A stretch of DNA of 64,000 nt from Neophaeotheca triangularis (lineage: Eukaryota). The DNA lies in the NCBI GenBank assembly GCA_054600435.1, contig BAAIJX010000016.1, forward strand, positions 248,001 to 312,000, read 5' to 3'. The notes below the pieces were generated by a model. The model was not told where the DNA came from. It worked only from the letters and a program-made list of their open reading frames with translations, and searched no databases. A program made the position numbers and the translations under genes. Below are positions 44,969-57,959 of this stretch, piece by piece; positions within the stretch are counted from its first letter, which is position 1; every line of letters starts with the position of its first letter.

Positions 44969-46791
44969 ATGACAGACCCCAATGAAAGGCCTCCCCATGG
45001 TCTAGATCAACACCCTCTCCCAGTCCAAACCACCAGCAAAACCCCCTCCCTCAACAACCACAACAATAACCCGAACTCAACCAACACCGAAATCAACCTC
45101 TACCCCTCCACCGCAAAACTCATCCCCATCCTCATAGCCGTCTGCCTCTCCATCTTCCTCGCCGCCCTCGACATGACAATCGTCGCAACCGCCATCCCGC
45201 GCATCACCGACGATTTTCAATCCCTCGACGACGTGGGCTGGTACGGCAGCGCCTTCTTCCTAACCCTCGGCGCTTTCCAAGGAGTCTGGGGCAAAGTCTA
45301 CAAATACTTTGACCTCAAGATCGGCTTTCTCGTCGCCATTGCCATTTTTGAAGTCGGCAGTTTGGTCTGTGGTGTCGCGTCTAATAGCGTTGCGCTTATT
45401 GTTGGGCGTGCGGTTGCCGGTGTGGGTGGGGCGGGGATTGCGTCGGGGGCTTATACCATTCTTGCTCTTGCGGTGCCGCCCAAGAGAGTTCCGGCTTTTA
45501 CGGGGGTTTTGGGCGCGACTTATGCCGTTGCTAGTGTTGTTGGGCCGTTGGTTGGGGGCGCCTTCACTGAGCATGCTACTTGGCGGTGGTGGTGAGCTTT
45601 TTTCATGTTAATTGATGGTGGAGTAAGGTGAGGGCTAATGCCTGAGACAGCTTCTATGTCAATCTCCCCATTGGCGGTTTCGCTGCGGCCATGATTGTGC
45701 TCTTCTTCAAGGCCCCCAAGGCTTTCAAACCGCTCGATGCCCCGCTCAAGGAAAAGATACTCCAGCTCGACTTCAACGGCGCCGCGCTCTTCCTCACCGG
45801 CATGGTATGTCTCCTGCTGCCTCTCCAATGGGGCGGCGTGACACGACCGTGGTCCTCACCCTCCGTCATCGCCTGCCTAACCCTCTTTGGTATCCTAACC
45901 ATCGCCTTCATCGCCAACGAACTCTGGATGGCCGACCGCGCCCTCATGGTCCCGCGTCTCCTTTCGACCAAAACCCTCGCCCTCTCCGCCCTCTACTCCC
46001 TCTTCAACAGCGCCTCCTTCTTCATCCTAATCTACTACCTCCCCATCTACTTCCAAGCCATCCACAACACCACCGCCAGCGGCTCCGGCGTCCGCAACCT
46101 TCCTTACATCCTCAGCGTCGGCATCTGCAGCATCCTCTCCGGCCTAACCATAACCCTCACCGGCCACTACAGCACCCTTATGCTCTTCGGCAGCGCCCTC
46201 ACAACTCTCGGAACGGGTCTCATCTACACTCTCACCCTCACTTCCCCCGCGGCTCGCTGGATCGGCTACCAGATCCTCGCGGGCATCGGCACTGGCTCTG
46301 CCCTCCAAATCCCCATCATTGTCGCGCAAGCCACTTCCGTCCCAGCCGATCTCTCAAGCGCTACAGCCATCATCCTATTTTTCCAACTCCTCGCCGGCGC
46401 CATCTTTGTTTCCGTGGCCCAAGCTCTCTTCGCCAACGGCTTACTGTCTTCCGTTTCCCGGAACGTGGCGGGTGTTGAACCGGCTTTCGTCGTTGCAACC
46501 GGGGCGGTGGGGTTGAGGGAGGTTTTTACCGAGGCTCCCGTGCTGAGGGCGGTGCTGGAGAGTTTTATGGTCGGGTTGAAGAATGCGTATGTTCTCGGGA
46601 TTGCGCTGGGTGGGGTCGCTTGTGTGGTTGCTGGGCTGGTTGTTGGGTGGGGTAGGGGGAGTTTGAGGGGTGGAGTTGAGGGTGTGGAGGGCGAGAGGGT
46701 TCGAGAGGGGGAGAGGGAGAGGGATGAAGGCAATGGAGAGAAGGAGAAGGCGAAGGTCGGCGGGAAGAGGGCTGGGGGTGTGGTGGTTTGA
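44969..46791 (+). CDS. MFS drug:H+ antiporter (DHA2, 14-TMS)
   Basis: [63 protein letters not shown] (across intron 45592-45650), [10 protein letters not shown]. Confidence 0.93.
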
Positions 46792-47937
46792 GGTTTGAGG
46801 TTTTTTTTTTTTTTTTTCGCGACGCTGGCTTTTGAGCAGAGATGAGACTGGGCGTTTGGTGGTTCTAGAACTTGAGAGGGTTGTTGTGACGGTCAACACT
46901 ACTACCGCTGTCAGTTCAATGGCTTTGATAGGTCGCACCCCAACGCTTCTACGAGCTAGCTACACACTACAGCACCAGCAGCAGCAATATCAGACGATCG
47001 CTAGCAGGAGACAACGAACCAAACCCCCGGACCGCTGAAACTAGCACCGCCCTTCTCCCACTGTTAGAAGCCTGTCTTTGAGTGAGATGATGAGGGGTGG
47101 GGGTGGAGGGCCTGAGATCTGGGATCTGGGAGTTGGCGGAGGGGTGGAAGTGGTAGGGGTCGCTGCTTTGGGTGTTTTTAGGTTGCTGTTCTTAGAGCAG
47201 AGATGGCGCTGCCGAGAGGGAGTAATACTTCTTTTGGCCAGCCTCGAGCGACTTTGGGCTTACGAAGGAAGGGCGGCGAGGTGGCTTCATTAACTCAAGC
47301 CAAGAGGGCCCCGTATAAGATCGAGATGGTGATGTCTGAGAGTCTGATGGCTTGTTCCTGGGGCAGCGGTCTAGCTACCTAGTTCCTTACTTTCGTCCTT
47401 CTCGGGGAAGAGTTCTTAGGCGTTTCATAGTGCTGTGAGAGGGAGAGCGTCGTACAACTATCTGGGCTAGAGGGATTTGAGCCAACGGAGACGCCCCGGC
47501 GACGTTTCTTTGGGTAGTGTTTCGCCGCGCATGCTAATAGGTGAGCTAAGAAATAGATGTTGCGAGCATCTCGCCTTCCTCTCTGGCGGAGTTGCTCCAT
47601 TCTACTGTTTGCACTATGTTGGGACTTGCACGAGGTTCACTGCTAAGCTCGAAGAACTCTCATGCATAGAGTAGAGCGTTTCGTGAAAAACAAAGGAGAG
47701 GTGGCAGCGACATGCTTCTGCGTTTTCTTGCTGTTCGTTGAGCCATGGTACTCCGGTACTTCTAGGCAAGGCTGCCTCAGCACCGCCAAAACTGCAGGGC
47801 TGCGGCACGAGCACCGACAAGGCAAGGCGGCGGTGTTTTTTGGCGGTGTTTAGCTTTGGGCCTTGGGGGTTGGATATAAGGCTATACAGCTTCACCTCAC
47901 ATAGACATCCTTTCCCTCTTACTACGAGCACTTCTAT

Positions 47938-48156
47938 GCGGCCGCGGCCGCTGCTCTCCTAGTCAAATTGTCAGTCAAGGAAAATACAGCAACATTGTTG
48001 GATCATACTACTTCTTCTCCCCCTGGCGCAGCCTTTGCAGGCGGCGGCAGCCGCTGCTGTCCTGGTGAAATTGTCAATCAAGAAATACCCAGCAACATTG
48101 TTGAATCATACTACTCCTTCCCCATCTGACGCAGCCTTTGTAGGCGGCGCCACCGA
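47938..48156. repeat. Diverged 103-bp tandem duplication
   Basis: AAATTGTCA.TCAAG...CAGCAACATTGTTG.ATCATACTACT...CGCAGCCTTTG.AGGCGGCG occurs at 47965 and 48068. Confidence 0.85.
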
Positions 48157-48224
48157 TTAACAAGATCGCCAAGCTGGACCACACATTCTAGTGGATCCAT
48201 CAACTCAAAGTACCTGCAGTTTTT

Positions 48225-49160
48225 ATGCAGCGTTTCCCCCCCGGCAGCTTCAATGACCGCCCCATACGTGCGATTCTCTCATGGAAACAACTCCCTGAGT
48301 TAGTCCCCCCCGCTTGCTCCGACCTCGACAACATCAGGCCTGCAGTGTATTTTGGCCGACCTGAGAGATACCCACCGGAACGAAAAAAACCGATAGCAAG
48401 GACTCAGAACAACACCGATTCGTCATCTCGAAATGAATCAGGCAAAGCATCTGGCCCGGCTCACGAAATACCCAAGCGGGGGTTTTCCTTCACCTGTAAA
48501 CATTGCGACATTTCCTTAAGTAACAAAAGCTCTTTGGCCAGACACAGGCGCTCGGCCAGACACCTGAGCCTTTCCGGTAGCGGGACCTCAACATCTAATT
48601 TCCTGTGCACATTGTGCCAGAAGAATTTCTCTCGGCGCTACGGCCTCAGACGCCACTTTCAGGAGCGCCACTGCAATGTCAAAAGAGCCACCAAGACCGG
48701 GAGCTCGCCATCCACCTCAACGACCACGAACACGTCGGCTATATCTCTTGACCCGCCGAGTCGTCCAGAACCCGCCAAAGTGCAAGCGGTCGAGCAAGCT
48801 TCCACTTTGGATAGCTTTTCACATTTTCCAGTCGCAGCACCTCCGGCCTGGCAACTCAATGGTTTGAACTGGGACACTCTCTTCGCCGATTGCAACCAAG
48901 ACGCTTTCGAGACAAAGAGTGGCATTTTGGACTATGCAGAGCAGGACGAAGCCGCCTCGAGGGGCTCAATCTTACCTCCGGAAGGTCTGCTCGGGCTAGA
49001 CAATGCCTGCGCTGCCTCGACTGGTACAGCGTACGATAATCAGCCCAGCTTCGGTAATCCAGAACTCGGTACCAACAACGATTATCCGATTTCGGACAAT
49101 CACTTCGATTGGGACCCAGCTGGATGGAACTTCGAGGACACTTTCTCGAGCATGGTGTGA
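48225..49160 (+). CDS. C2H2 zinc-finger protein (2 fingers)
   Basis: FTCKHCDISLSNKSSLARHRRSARH and FLCTLCQKNFSRRYGLRRHFQERH, followed by an acidic/aromatic C-terminus. Start uncertain. Confidence 0.75.
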   Translation: MQRFPPGSFNDRPIRAILSWKQLPELVPPACSDLDNIRPAVYFGRPERYPPERKKPIARTQNNTDSSSRNESGKASGPAHEIPKRGFSFTCKHCDISLSNKSSLARHRRSARHLSLSGSGTSTSNFLCTLCQKNFSRRYGLRRHFQERHCNVKRATKTGSSPSTSTTTNTSAISLDPPSRPEPAKVQAVEQASTLDSFSHFPVAAPPAWQLNGLNWDTLFADCNQDAFETKSGILDYAEQDEAASRGSILPPEGLLGLDNACAASTGTAYDNQPSFGNPELGTNNDYPISDNHFDWDPAGWNFEDTFSSMV

Positions 49161-51006
49161 TAATTCTTTTTGGGTAAGCTCCATCCTCGACAATACTCCC
49201 TGAATTCTCTTGTGGCCAGAAGTAACTTTAATGCAGCTTTCTCTTAGGTCCTAGTTTGGACGGTCGCTTTCGGGCGTTGGAGTCGATTTGGAGATTTGGC
49301 AGGATATTCTACTCTTGTGACCTTGGAAACGAAGGCTCTTCATAATGGCTGAACATGCCTGTTGCAAGGCTGCTAGTGTAACTATCGCAACACTCATTAT
49401 ATCTATCGAACATCGAAATGGCCTACTAGGATATTACTCTCAAACCGGCCAGAAGTCATCTCCGCCACCGGCGCAGTTCGTGGTGCTCATCCGAGAATGC
49501 AAGCTCGATGCTGTGTACCGGTGCTGCTCTATCGCATTCGCACGTGTTCGCTAGACGTCATTGCATTGAGCAAATGACTTGAATCGTGCCTTCGGTAGCA
49601 CAACAACTGACATCAGCCATGCTATCGAGGAAGCCTATCACGACCTGCGAGAGAAGAATCCAGCCCTCGATTCGCTGAAGTCGCGAAATGCAACGACAGC
49701 CAATCGTTTCCGCCAAGCCACTAGCTTAAGAGAGGTCGGCGCTTAGAACGGCGACCTCACTCGTTCCCATCTCTGCATCCTCATCACTTGGGAACACACG
49801 ACTAAGGGCATCGAAGCGCTCTTGGTTGTGCTCATGCCTCCCATTTGCTGTCTTACCTGTGTGATCGACTTGGGGGATGCGGGATTTGAGGGGTTTCTAG
49901 CCCAGTGTCCGGGGGATCGTACTTTTGCTGAGAAAAGGTGGCGAAAGGATGATGCTTTTGCGTAACATTCCGGGACAAGAGCTGGAGCGGTCTAAGAAGG
50001 TGATGTCCAACGTTCCTTGTCCTGACGGGCACTGCTGGCGACGCAGTCTCGAACGATGCTGCAAACGGGTCAAATGAAAGCAGTCTGTAGTAAGGTATAG
50101 TAAGGAGATCTCTCAAGCCACACCCTTTCGCTCTGCACATGCAGGGACAATCGGCTCGGTCCACATCCGGCTTGTTTAGGGAAGAAGTAGAACTCGGGTA
50201 TACACCTGGGCGCATGGGTCAATTGAATCGATATCACATCAATCGCAGCCGCTCAGATTCACGGAGCAGTCGACAATACCAAGAAGTGGCATTACGGCAC
50301 TTGATCTTATAGGAAAGTCTATGAGAGGAACCATGCGTAGACTGCACGTCGCCAATACTACCAACCGCCCAAAGACCGTGCAGAAAACGTGCCGACGAGG
50401 GTGATAGGTACGGGCTAGATGCTGTGTGGGGTCTCCTGCAGATGAAGCTACCGCTTTCTCCGCTTCTGCAGGGGTCCTGGAATGTATAGTATGTATGCAT
50501 GCTTTATCTCTCTTGAGCTTTTGAACTTGCTTTCCGCGCCGATCAGTTGCTTTACCTCTACCGTTTTCAGAACTTCATGGTTCTTGCATTGCACGGATTT
50601 CAATCTGTTTGCGACCAGGAGATCTTTCAAGAACCGAATACGACGGACCTATCGAGCCAAATGATTTTACTAGGCCCGGCCCCGTTGCACAAGCTTTGAG
50701 CCTTCCATGAAAAGTGCCCGCCATTGTGGAACGAGTAGCCCATCCGCAACCAGCCGCAGCGTGCGACCCACGAGACCGCAAACCATCCCCGAGCTTACGA
50801 TAGAAAGCTCCTACACTAGCATCTTGCGTGGAATCTGTTGAGTGAATTTGACCGACTCGACAACTCTTAACACTTGATCGATATTTGAAGAAAAGCAATT
50901 TAGACCTACGGAGATCGGGCCACACGCATCTTTGCGCGGATACCGGCCGCTACATCAAGTCCTCGCCGAACCGGCATCGAGCTTCGCCGCTCAAAGCTCG
51001 ATCATC

Positions 51007-53612
51007 ATGCCGGCTGTAGCAGAGATACTCGCTAGAAGAGCTGGCATATCACTGGATATCTTCGAAGACTCCGAAGCTCTTCTGGGGCGAGATGTCTTTC
51101 AGCCAGAGCAACCAGGCATCCTAGAAAAGCGCATCGAGATACCTTGTTGCAACGAAAGTAGCCCGCCTGGCTTGGTCGAAGCGACAACCGTGGACCCGTT
51201 TCGGGAATCCAGCAAATATGCCTTGGGCTGGGTGTATTTTGCGATAATCTTGCTCGTGGCAACAACGCTCGTCCGGTTCTACCATCTGTGGACGGACAAG
51301 ATCAGGGTGGCAATGCATAAAGAGGAAGTCGAGCAGAACATGCAGACAGAGTCGCCGGATACAGACTACGAGCTGTCTGCGCTTAGCACGGACAAGTCAA
51401 CCAAGAAATTTTTCCCTCGCGAAGGAGCCCTGCCATCACAACCTCCGCCACGACAGTCCACTTCGTCCAGCTCGTGGATGAATAGAAGCATCGCTCTCGT
51501 ACGCTACGTCTTCTACCGACCAATCCCGCACGTCTCATACCGAAAAGGCTGGAGGCCGATCTTCTTCCCCTCTCTTGGTATCATCGTCATAGTGTTCGCG
51601 GCGCTGGTCTTCACCATTCTCTACTCCTTCGTGCCACAACCTCTATATTGGGAGAAGATACGTTATGGTTCGCCTCCACTGGCTGTCCGTTCCGGGATGC
51701 TCGCTGTCTCTCTCATGCCATGGATCGTCGGTTTGAGCATGAAAGCCAACTTCATCTCCATGATGACAGGTATTGGCCACGAGCGCTTGAATGTCTTGCA
51801 CAGATGGCTGGCTTATATATGCTTGCTGTTGAGCTTGATACATACCATACCCTTCTATGTCCAGCCTGTGTGGGATCAGGGAGGGCTGCGTGTGTTCAGA
51901 AGCTACTTTACCGGAACGGGGGTCATCATCTACGGCACAGGTAAGCCTTGAAGACAGCATCTTGCTTAGCACTACTGACCTTAACAGGCGTTGCCGCACT
52001 CGTTCCACTAATCTTCCTCTGCGTGCACTCCCTGCCACCTCTTAGAAGAAGGTTCTATGAGCTATTCGTCGCAGTGCATGTACCTGTCTCGATTGTGCTT
52101 CTGGGTATGCTCTTCTGGCATTGCAACAATTACATCAGCTCTTGGCATTACTTGTACAGCACCGTCGCCATTTGGCTTGCCTCGTATGCCGTTCGTCTTA
52201 TTTATCTCAACTGGACGAACCCTTTCCGCATGTCCTGGCTCATTGGCGAGGAAGCCGGGGTAACGATTATGCCAGAGGACGCCATCAAGGTAACTATCCC
52301 CACGCAGGTGAAGTGGCGACCTGGCCAGTACGTTTACTTGCGGATGCCTGGAATCTCGATCTTCGAAAACCATCCATTTACGATTGCTTCTCTTTGTAGT
52401 GACGACTTCCCCTCAGCGTACGGAGACGAATACAGAGACATGGTTCTGGTCTTCCGTCCGTTCGGCGGTTTCACGAACAAAGTGCTGAAAAGCGCCCTGG
52501 ATCACGGCCCATGGCACACCTACCGAACTTTCATCGACGGTCCGTACGGAGGAATGGCACGGAGCCTCGACTCTTTCGACCATGTTGTCCTACTTGCCGG
52601 AGGTAGCGGCGTCACAGCTGTAATCTCACATTTGCTAGACTTGATCAAGCGTATGAGAGACGGCAAAGCAGTAACAAAGACGGTCCAAGTTATCTGGGCT
52701 CTCAAACGCCCGGAAACCATGGAGTGGTTCAAAGAAGAGCTTCGCATCTGTCGAGAGTTTGCGCCGCCGGATGCCGTGACTTGCCAATTCTACATCACGT
52801 CAGCAAAACGACAAACCCAGACCGGCAAGCCCATGAGTGTCAACACCCCCACTCGTCCGGTAAGCATGTTCTTTCACGACCAGGTCAACAACGTCTTCCA
52901 AAACATTGCCAGCAACCGCTTTTCCACGACCTCAACACAGAGACATTCCGCCCTTATCCAGGCAGAAGCGAACGGCGATCCGGAGCGCGAGAAAGAGCTG
53001 CGCAAAGAAGAGCAAGACCGGATACGGCCTCTTCCACAGGCACACCTAATGCCCATGCGCAGCGCCTCACGAGGCCATCTATCGGCGTCCCCAAACCGCG
53101 GCTCACAAGATCGCTCACCAGCCCGCTCAGCATCTCCAGACAACGCAGCATCCCAGGAAACCCCCCACATGCCACCCCACCCCACCCTTCACGAAAAGCG
53201 CCGCTCCCGGGCTCTGACTCTCGACATCACCTCCGCGCAAGACGCCCAAGCCGAGACTCTCGCAAGACTCGAAGAAGGCCACCAAACCGAGCAGCAACAA
53301 CAAGGCTTCGATTTCGGCTTCCCATCTACACCTACGGAATTCCAAAAAAACCTCATGCGTTTCGCTTTCATGCCCGCGGCCGTCAAGTCCAAGAAGACTG
53401 GCTGGAGCACCGAGTGGGGTCGGCCGGATATTCCGTATATGCTGAGGGATATGAGCGAGGACTGGACGGGGCGGAGGGCCTGCGTTTTTGTTTGCGGGCC
53501 GCCGGCTATGCGTGTGGACGTCGGCAATACGGTTGCCGAGTTGCAGAAGGGGGTTTGGAAGGATAAGGGGATGGATGAGGTGTTTTTGCATACGGAGAAT
53601 TATGCTTTGTAG
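51007..53612 (+). CDS. Ferric/cupric reductase transmembrane component (FRE family)
   Basis: Heme-ligand His motifs (LNVLHRW, LIHTIP), WRPGQYVYL, HPFTI (FAD), DGPYGG, GGSGVT (NADPH), FVCGP, HTENY. Intron 51941-51987. Confidence 0.92.
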
Positions 53613-53778
53613 GTCGGGGTGGGGGGGGCATTATAGTTGGGAGCCGTGCGCATGGGAGGGGATGGCCTTTGATACCCAAACTTTGTGCTTAGCGTTTTAT
53701 CGTACTTGGCGGCACTTGAAACAATAACTTTGCTTAATGAAGTCGCTCGTCTTACGAATGGTCTCACCGTGCATGACT

Positions 53779-53939
53779 CCGTTTACGAGGAAGGGGTCGA
53801 ACTCGTATCCCTCGTCGGCTAAATTTGATTCAGCATAGCAATAGCGAGAGGTCAAAACAGTATCGTCTCCCCTCGCAGGGCAAAAGGAACCTACTACCTC
53901 GGAGGCAGTAGGGAAGGAAAATCCACTCTCTAGGATTTT
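53779..53939 (-). ncRNA. Candidate structured RNA: four consecutive hairpins
   Basis: Stems at 53918-24/53933-39, 53890-99/53903-12, 53844-51/53869-76 and 53785-92/53808-15. All three non-Watson-Crick positions are G-U on the minus strand. Confidence 0.4.
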
Positions 53940-56637
53940 TCACTTTTGTGATCGGGTTGTTGATCGGTGGATCGAGATCTCGGAAATGGCGGCTTTGGTG
54001 TGGGATCGGTCGGTTCGGTCGGGGGGAGGGTCGGTTTCGGTGTCGGTAATCGCACTCATTCTTGTTCCATCCGGGCGTACTAAAGAAGGTGAACAGAGGT
54101 GGGTTTCGAACCGCTGACCTTCGCCCGGTTTGTAGACGCCCCGAAACTACCTGCTCACTAGTGTCGAAATTCACTCGTGAGTTTGTCTTGATTGGGGGGC
54201 GTCTTAACCGTCCAGTCATTGGACCACTTGTTAGGAGCGCTGGCTGGTGGGTGGCTTGTATAGGCTGTGTTTCTCACTGTCGCTGCTGTCTGGCTGGTAA
54301 GATGAGTGTAGTGAGGTCAATGTTGGGACCATACTACTTTGATCCTGGTAGTGGCTTAGCTTGAAGCTGACTTGCGGCGTTCTGTCTGGTCTAATGTTTC
54401 GTTTCAATTCATTTCTTACCTAAATCCCTCAATGGTGGTATCATATCACTGTCCGGCGTTTTGCATGCCCCTACCCGCGTTTAGCCGTGGCGAACATCCC
54501 TCGGCAGTTTTCTGCTAGACGGAAGAGATCCGCATTTGAGGCATTGATCCATTCCAAAGTCCGTGTTAAGACTTGCTCTTTCATGCGCTGGCTTCTCCGA
54601 TAGTCTTGGACCGGACAAGAGATACCAGACTAAGATGCTACAAATGATCACAACCCACCGGCTCACAGCTGTGGCACCCCTCGTTTCCATGCTGCATCTC
54701 AGCATTGCTAGAAAAATACAGCACGACTGCTCATACAGTCATGGAATGCTCTCCGGCGTTTACCGGCCACTCAGCTTCCTGTTGCTCCTGGAGCCATCAT
54801 AGCCAACGCCTGGTCCACTGGGTACGGGGCAAATTTGTGCCCCCTTCTGGCCCTCGGGGACGATGTAACACTCGGCATGGTTTGGGCCTTGCGAGCACGA
54901 TAGGCAGGATTCTTGAAAGAGCTTAGCGTACGAGATGAATGAATTCTCGCCATCGAACGTTCCGCTATCCTTTCCATGGTCTTTCCATGATCTTCCAGTA
55001 AATCACGGGTCAGGTAATCCAGACTAAATGAAGCTGCAGTGTGTTCAACGAATTACTCACAGACTTGACCGGCAATGCATTGTGATCGCACTTCGAAACG
55101 TATTCGCATAAGAAGGCTTATTAGTGGTGGGGCGTAAAGAACGAGAAGCGCAGGCAAGGGAAGCGGCACAATGCTACCGGCGACCACGTTAGTCGACAAC
55201 AAAGACGACAACAGTGATCAAGCCTTTTTCGGCATTAGGAAAACAATGCTTCAGAGAGGGCAGGCTCTACGTAGGTAGTCTCAGCCAGAAGGTACCTACC
55301 CAGGTGAAGTTGGCAGATCGTTTAGTCAGCGTGTAGCTTGCCCGACATCGCGGAGCTTGTCCAGACGACATCCTTCGCCTGCGAATCGAAACACCGACAA
55401 TACTGCAGTGTCACAATAGTTACATCACCGTGACAACAAGATCGAGTCAAATTGCCCTCTTTGTGTGATCGCGTCCATTGGGATAATGGGACGGAATGTC
55501 TTGACGGCCACCAGGAGACGAAGAGACGACATCACGCTGGAACCAGTCTCGGCCAGGCCTCTCATTCTGTCCAAAATCCTATCCCACCGATTTTAGACTG
55601 GCGGGCTGTTTCTACGGTTCTCGTGTAGTGGATTGATTCCAGACAGTGTCGCTCCGATGTGGTCGACTCGGCGAGGGCACACCTAAAGAGAGGCTTGAGC
55701 TAAGCGACCTCATCATCATCAACGACCAGCCACCACAGTTGATCATTGAATCTCAAGTTGGTCCTCAACGAGACGAAGCGCCCACCGGCAAGTCATAGGA
55801 ACAGCCTAAGGGAGCGACTGCGCAGAAGGAAGGCTTCAAGGGGTCTCGAGGGGTCAGGGGAGGGTAGAACAGGACCAACGAGAACCACGAAAGATAGGTC
55901 ACCATAGATCTCAGCAGCAAAATATGTACTTGAGCATGATAAGTCTCACGACAAAGCCGCAGAAAGCAGGCTCTGCGACGAACGAAGCCGACGTTTCCTG
56001 AGAGAGAGGCGCACGGCAAGTCAACACGGCAAGACAGTAACTTGGTCTGATTACAAGAAATGCCCTCGAATCAAGGGCCTCCTGTCGCTTTGGTGACCCT
56101 TCATTCACAAACAAACGTGAGCGCTGAGCTCTGGAACTTCTTCCATAGATTATTCTTCACGCGCGGGCTGCTTTATCAAATTACAAAAGAGCGAGCGCCT
56201 CGAATCCTCCTCCACAACCTTTTCCTAACCTTCTACCTTCCTATCAAACTATCTAACCGAACAGAGTTCCAATAGCATGTTTCAACCCACAGACTACATA
56301 ACCCAGGAGCCATCGGAGCCGTCCCAACACTTCACACAGTATACCACACTTGTCGAATGTATAGCCGGTCAGGGCTTGCTGACACCTTCGGTCAGTAGAA
56401 CTGAACAACAGCAAATCTCTCTCTCTTCCCCCTGATTTCCGCCCACTATTACGGCAACGCTGGAGTGCCTTCATCGGCTTCCGGGGCGGTGGCCCACGGG
56501 TCAGCTATCCACAGATTCAACTCGAAGACCTTCTAAAGCTAATCTAGACCAGTATTAAAGAGCTCGACCAGGCGCTCAGAGATCTGAATATGAATGTTTC
56601 CAACGGCAGCCGCCGAAAGTACCAGTACCTTTCCGCC

Positions 56638-57244
56638 ATGGGCGTCAACCCCACAGCCGGCGAGTTTGTCCCAGGTCAGTCCCTAGCCTAGACCCGTTGA
56701 GACCCTTTCCCCAAACCTGACCCAAAGCGCAGTGCCTTTCTTACCCGGTCAGCCGCTATACAATCCCTTCACCTTCAGCCACTGCCCCGGCGGCTACGTC
56801 CACCCCGAGACCCTCGCGCACGAATTCAGCTTCACAGGCCCCTTTCCCCTTCCACCCGGCATGGCCTACGACGAAAGGTTCGAGAAAGCCGACCTCCTCG
56901 CGCCCACAACGACCTTGCAGCAGACTCTCGAAGCGTTTGAAAAAGACACCGCGCGTCTAGAATGCTACTGCAAGCAACTCCAAGCGAAGACCGAGGAATC
57001 AAGCTTTTATGCAAGCTACTCCAGCTACTCGCCGGCGAGCTCGACGTCAAATCGTAAATGGGCGGACGAGGCTAAGTTGTTACCTCCGTCTGTGAACGGG
57101 TCGCGGGGGGCGAAGTGGTTGATGGGTGTTTTGGTCCTTCAGGCTCGCACCCTCACTGGGATTCTGGAGGCTTGTTCGCAAGCTGGTTTTGGGGGCGGCT
57201 GGGCTCGAACGCTGTCGTGGAGTTTGCGGGCGAAGGTCGCGTAG
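56638..57244 (+). CDS. Hypothetical protein with a PAM2-like motif
   Basis: MGVNPTAGEFVP, intron 56675-56732 (GTCAGT...CCTGAC...CAG) joining in frame to ORF 56732-57244. May extend further 5'. Confidence 0.4.
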
Positions 57245-57874
57245 GCGGTGTATGTTATGGGCCAGGTCGTAAGGGTATTGGGGCGGATACATGCAGAATT
57301 TGGCCAAGGAGGAGAGTTTAGGTAGAGGGGCTGTGGTCAATATCATAATGCCCAGTTGATCATTCGGCCGGCCGCGGGTATGGTATTGGTGGGCCGGTCT
57401 CATTGCGTACAGAAAGATATTGGGTATCTCAGAGGCGGGGTTCTGACCAAAGGCTGTGGATGCTTCGACTTTCGCTCTCATCGGCATCATTGTGCTTTGA
57501 AGCTCTCTACCTACCATCGTCTCGTCCATTCCCGGCTAGCAGCAAACTAGATGTAGTAGACACAAAAGTTTACCCCTTGAACTAAGCAGAGAGCATCAGG
57601 GGGCTTGTCACCCATCAATTTTCTTCCCAACGTCCAGATCAGCCAGACTGCGCTTACAGATTTTTTTCAAGGTATCTATAAAACTAAACACCTTCTCCTT
57701 TCAGATACTACCACAGCTCAGTGGATGTAAAGCATCCGCCGCATGTTCCAAAGCCAGAACATGTGGTAACACAATGTTACCCAGGTAATACGGGGAGTGC
57801 GGCTTATCTTACGGTCGACACGTAGAAGATAGGCTCACTGTTGATTTTCTCAATCCGAAGACACCCACTCCATT

Positions 57875-57959
57875 GCTCTTCGATATTCAAGCATCACCGG
57901 TAATTAGTACTACGGTGAGTGACCATGTGGGAATCCCACCTGTTGTATCTTGTTTTTTT
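57875..57959 (+). pseudogene. 5'-truncated/degenerate 5S rRNA copy
   Basis: TTAGTACTACGGTGAGTGACCATGTGGGAATCCCACCTGTTGTAT (57904-57948) matches the 3' half of ascomycete 5S rRNA and is followed by a T7 run. Weaker upstream similarity (GCTCT...CAAGC); no recognisable 5' end. Confidence 0.75.

Noticed and set aside
49200..50930. Short ORFs between the C2H2 and ferric reductase genes (similar ones at 54200-56200)
   Set aside because: No recognisable motifs or consistent splice structure.
54090..54170. Functional tRNA gene
   Set aside because: No cloverleaf pairing; only box-like motifs.
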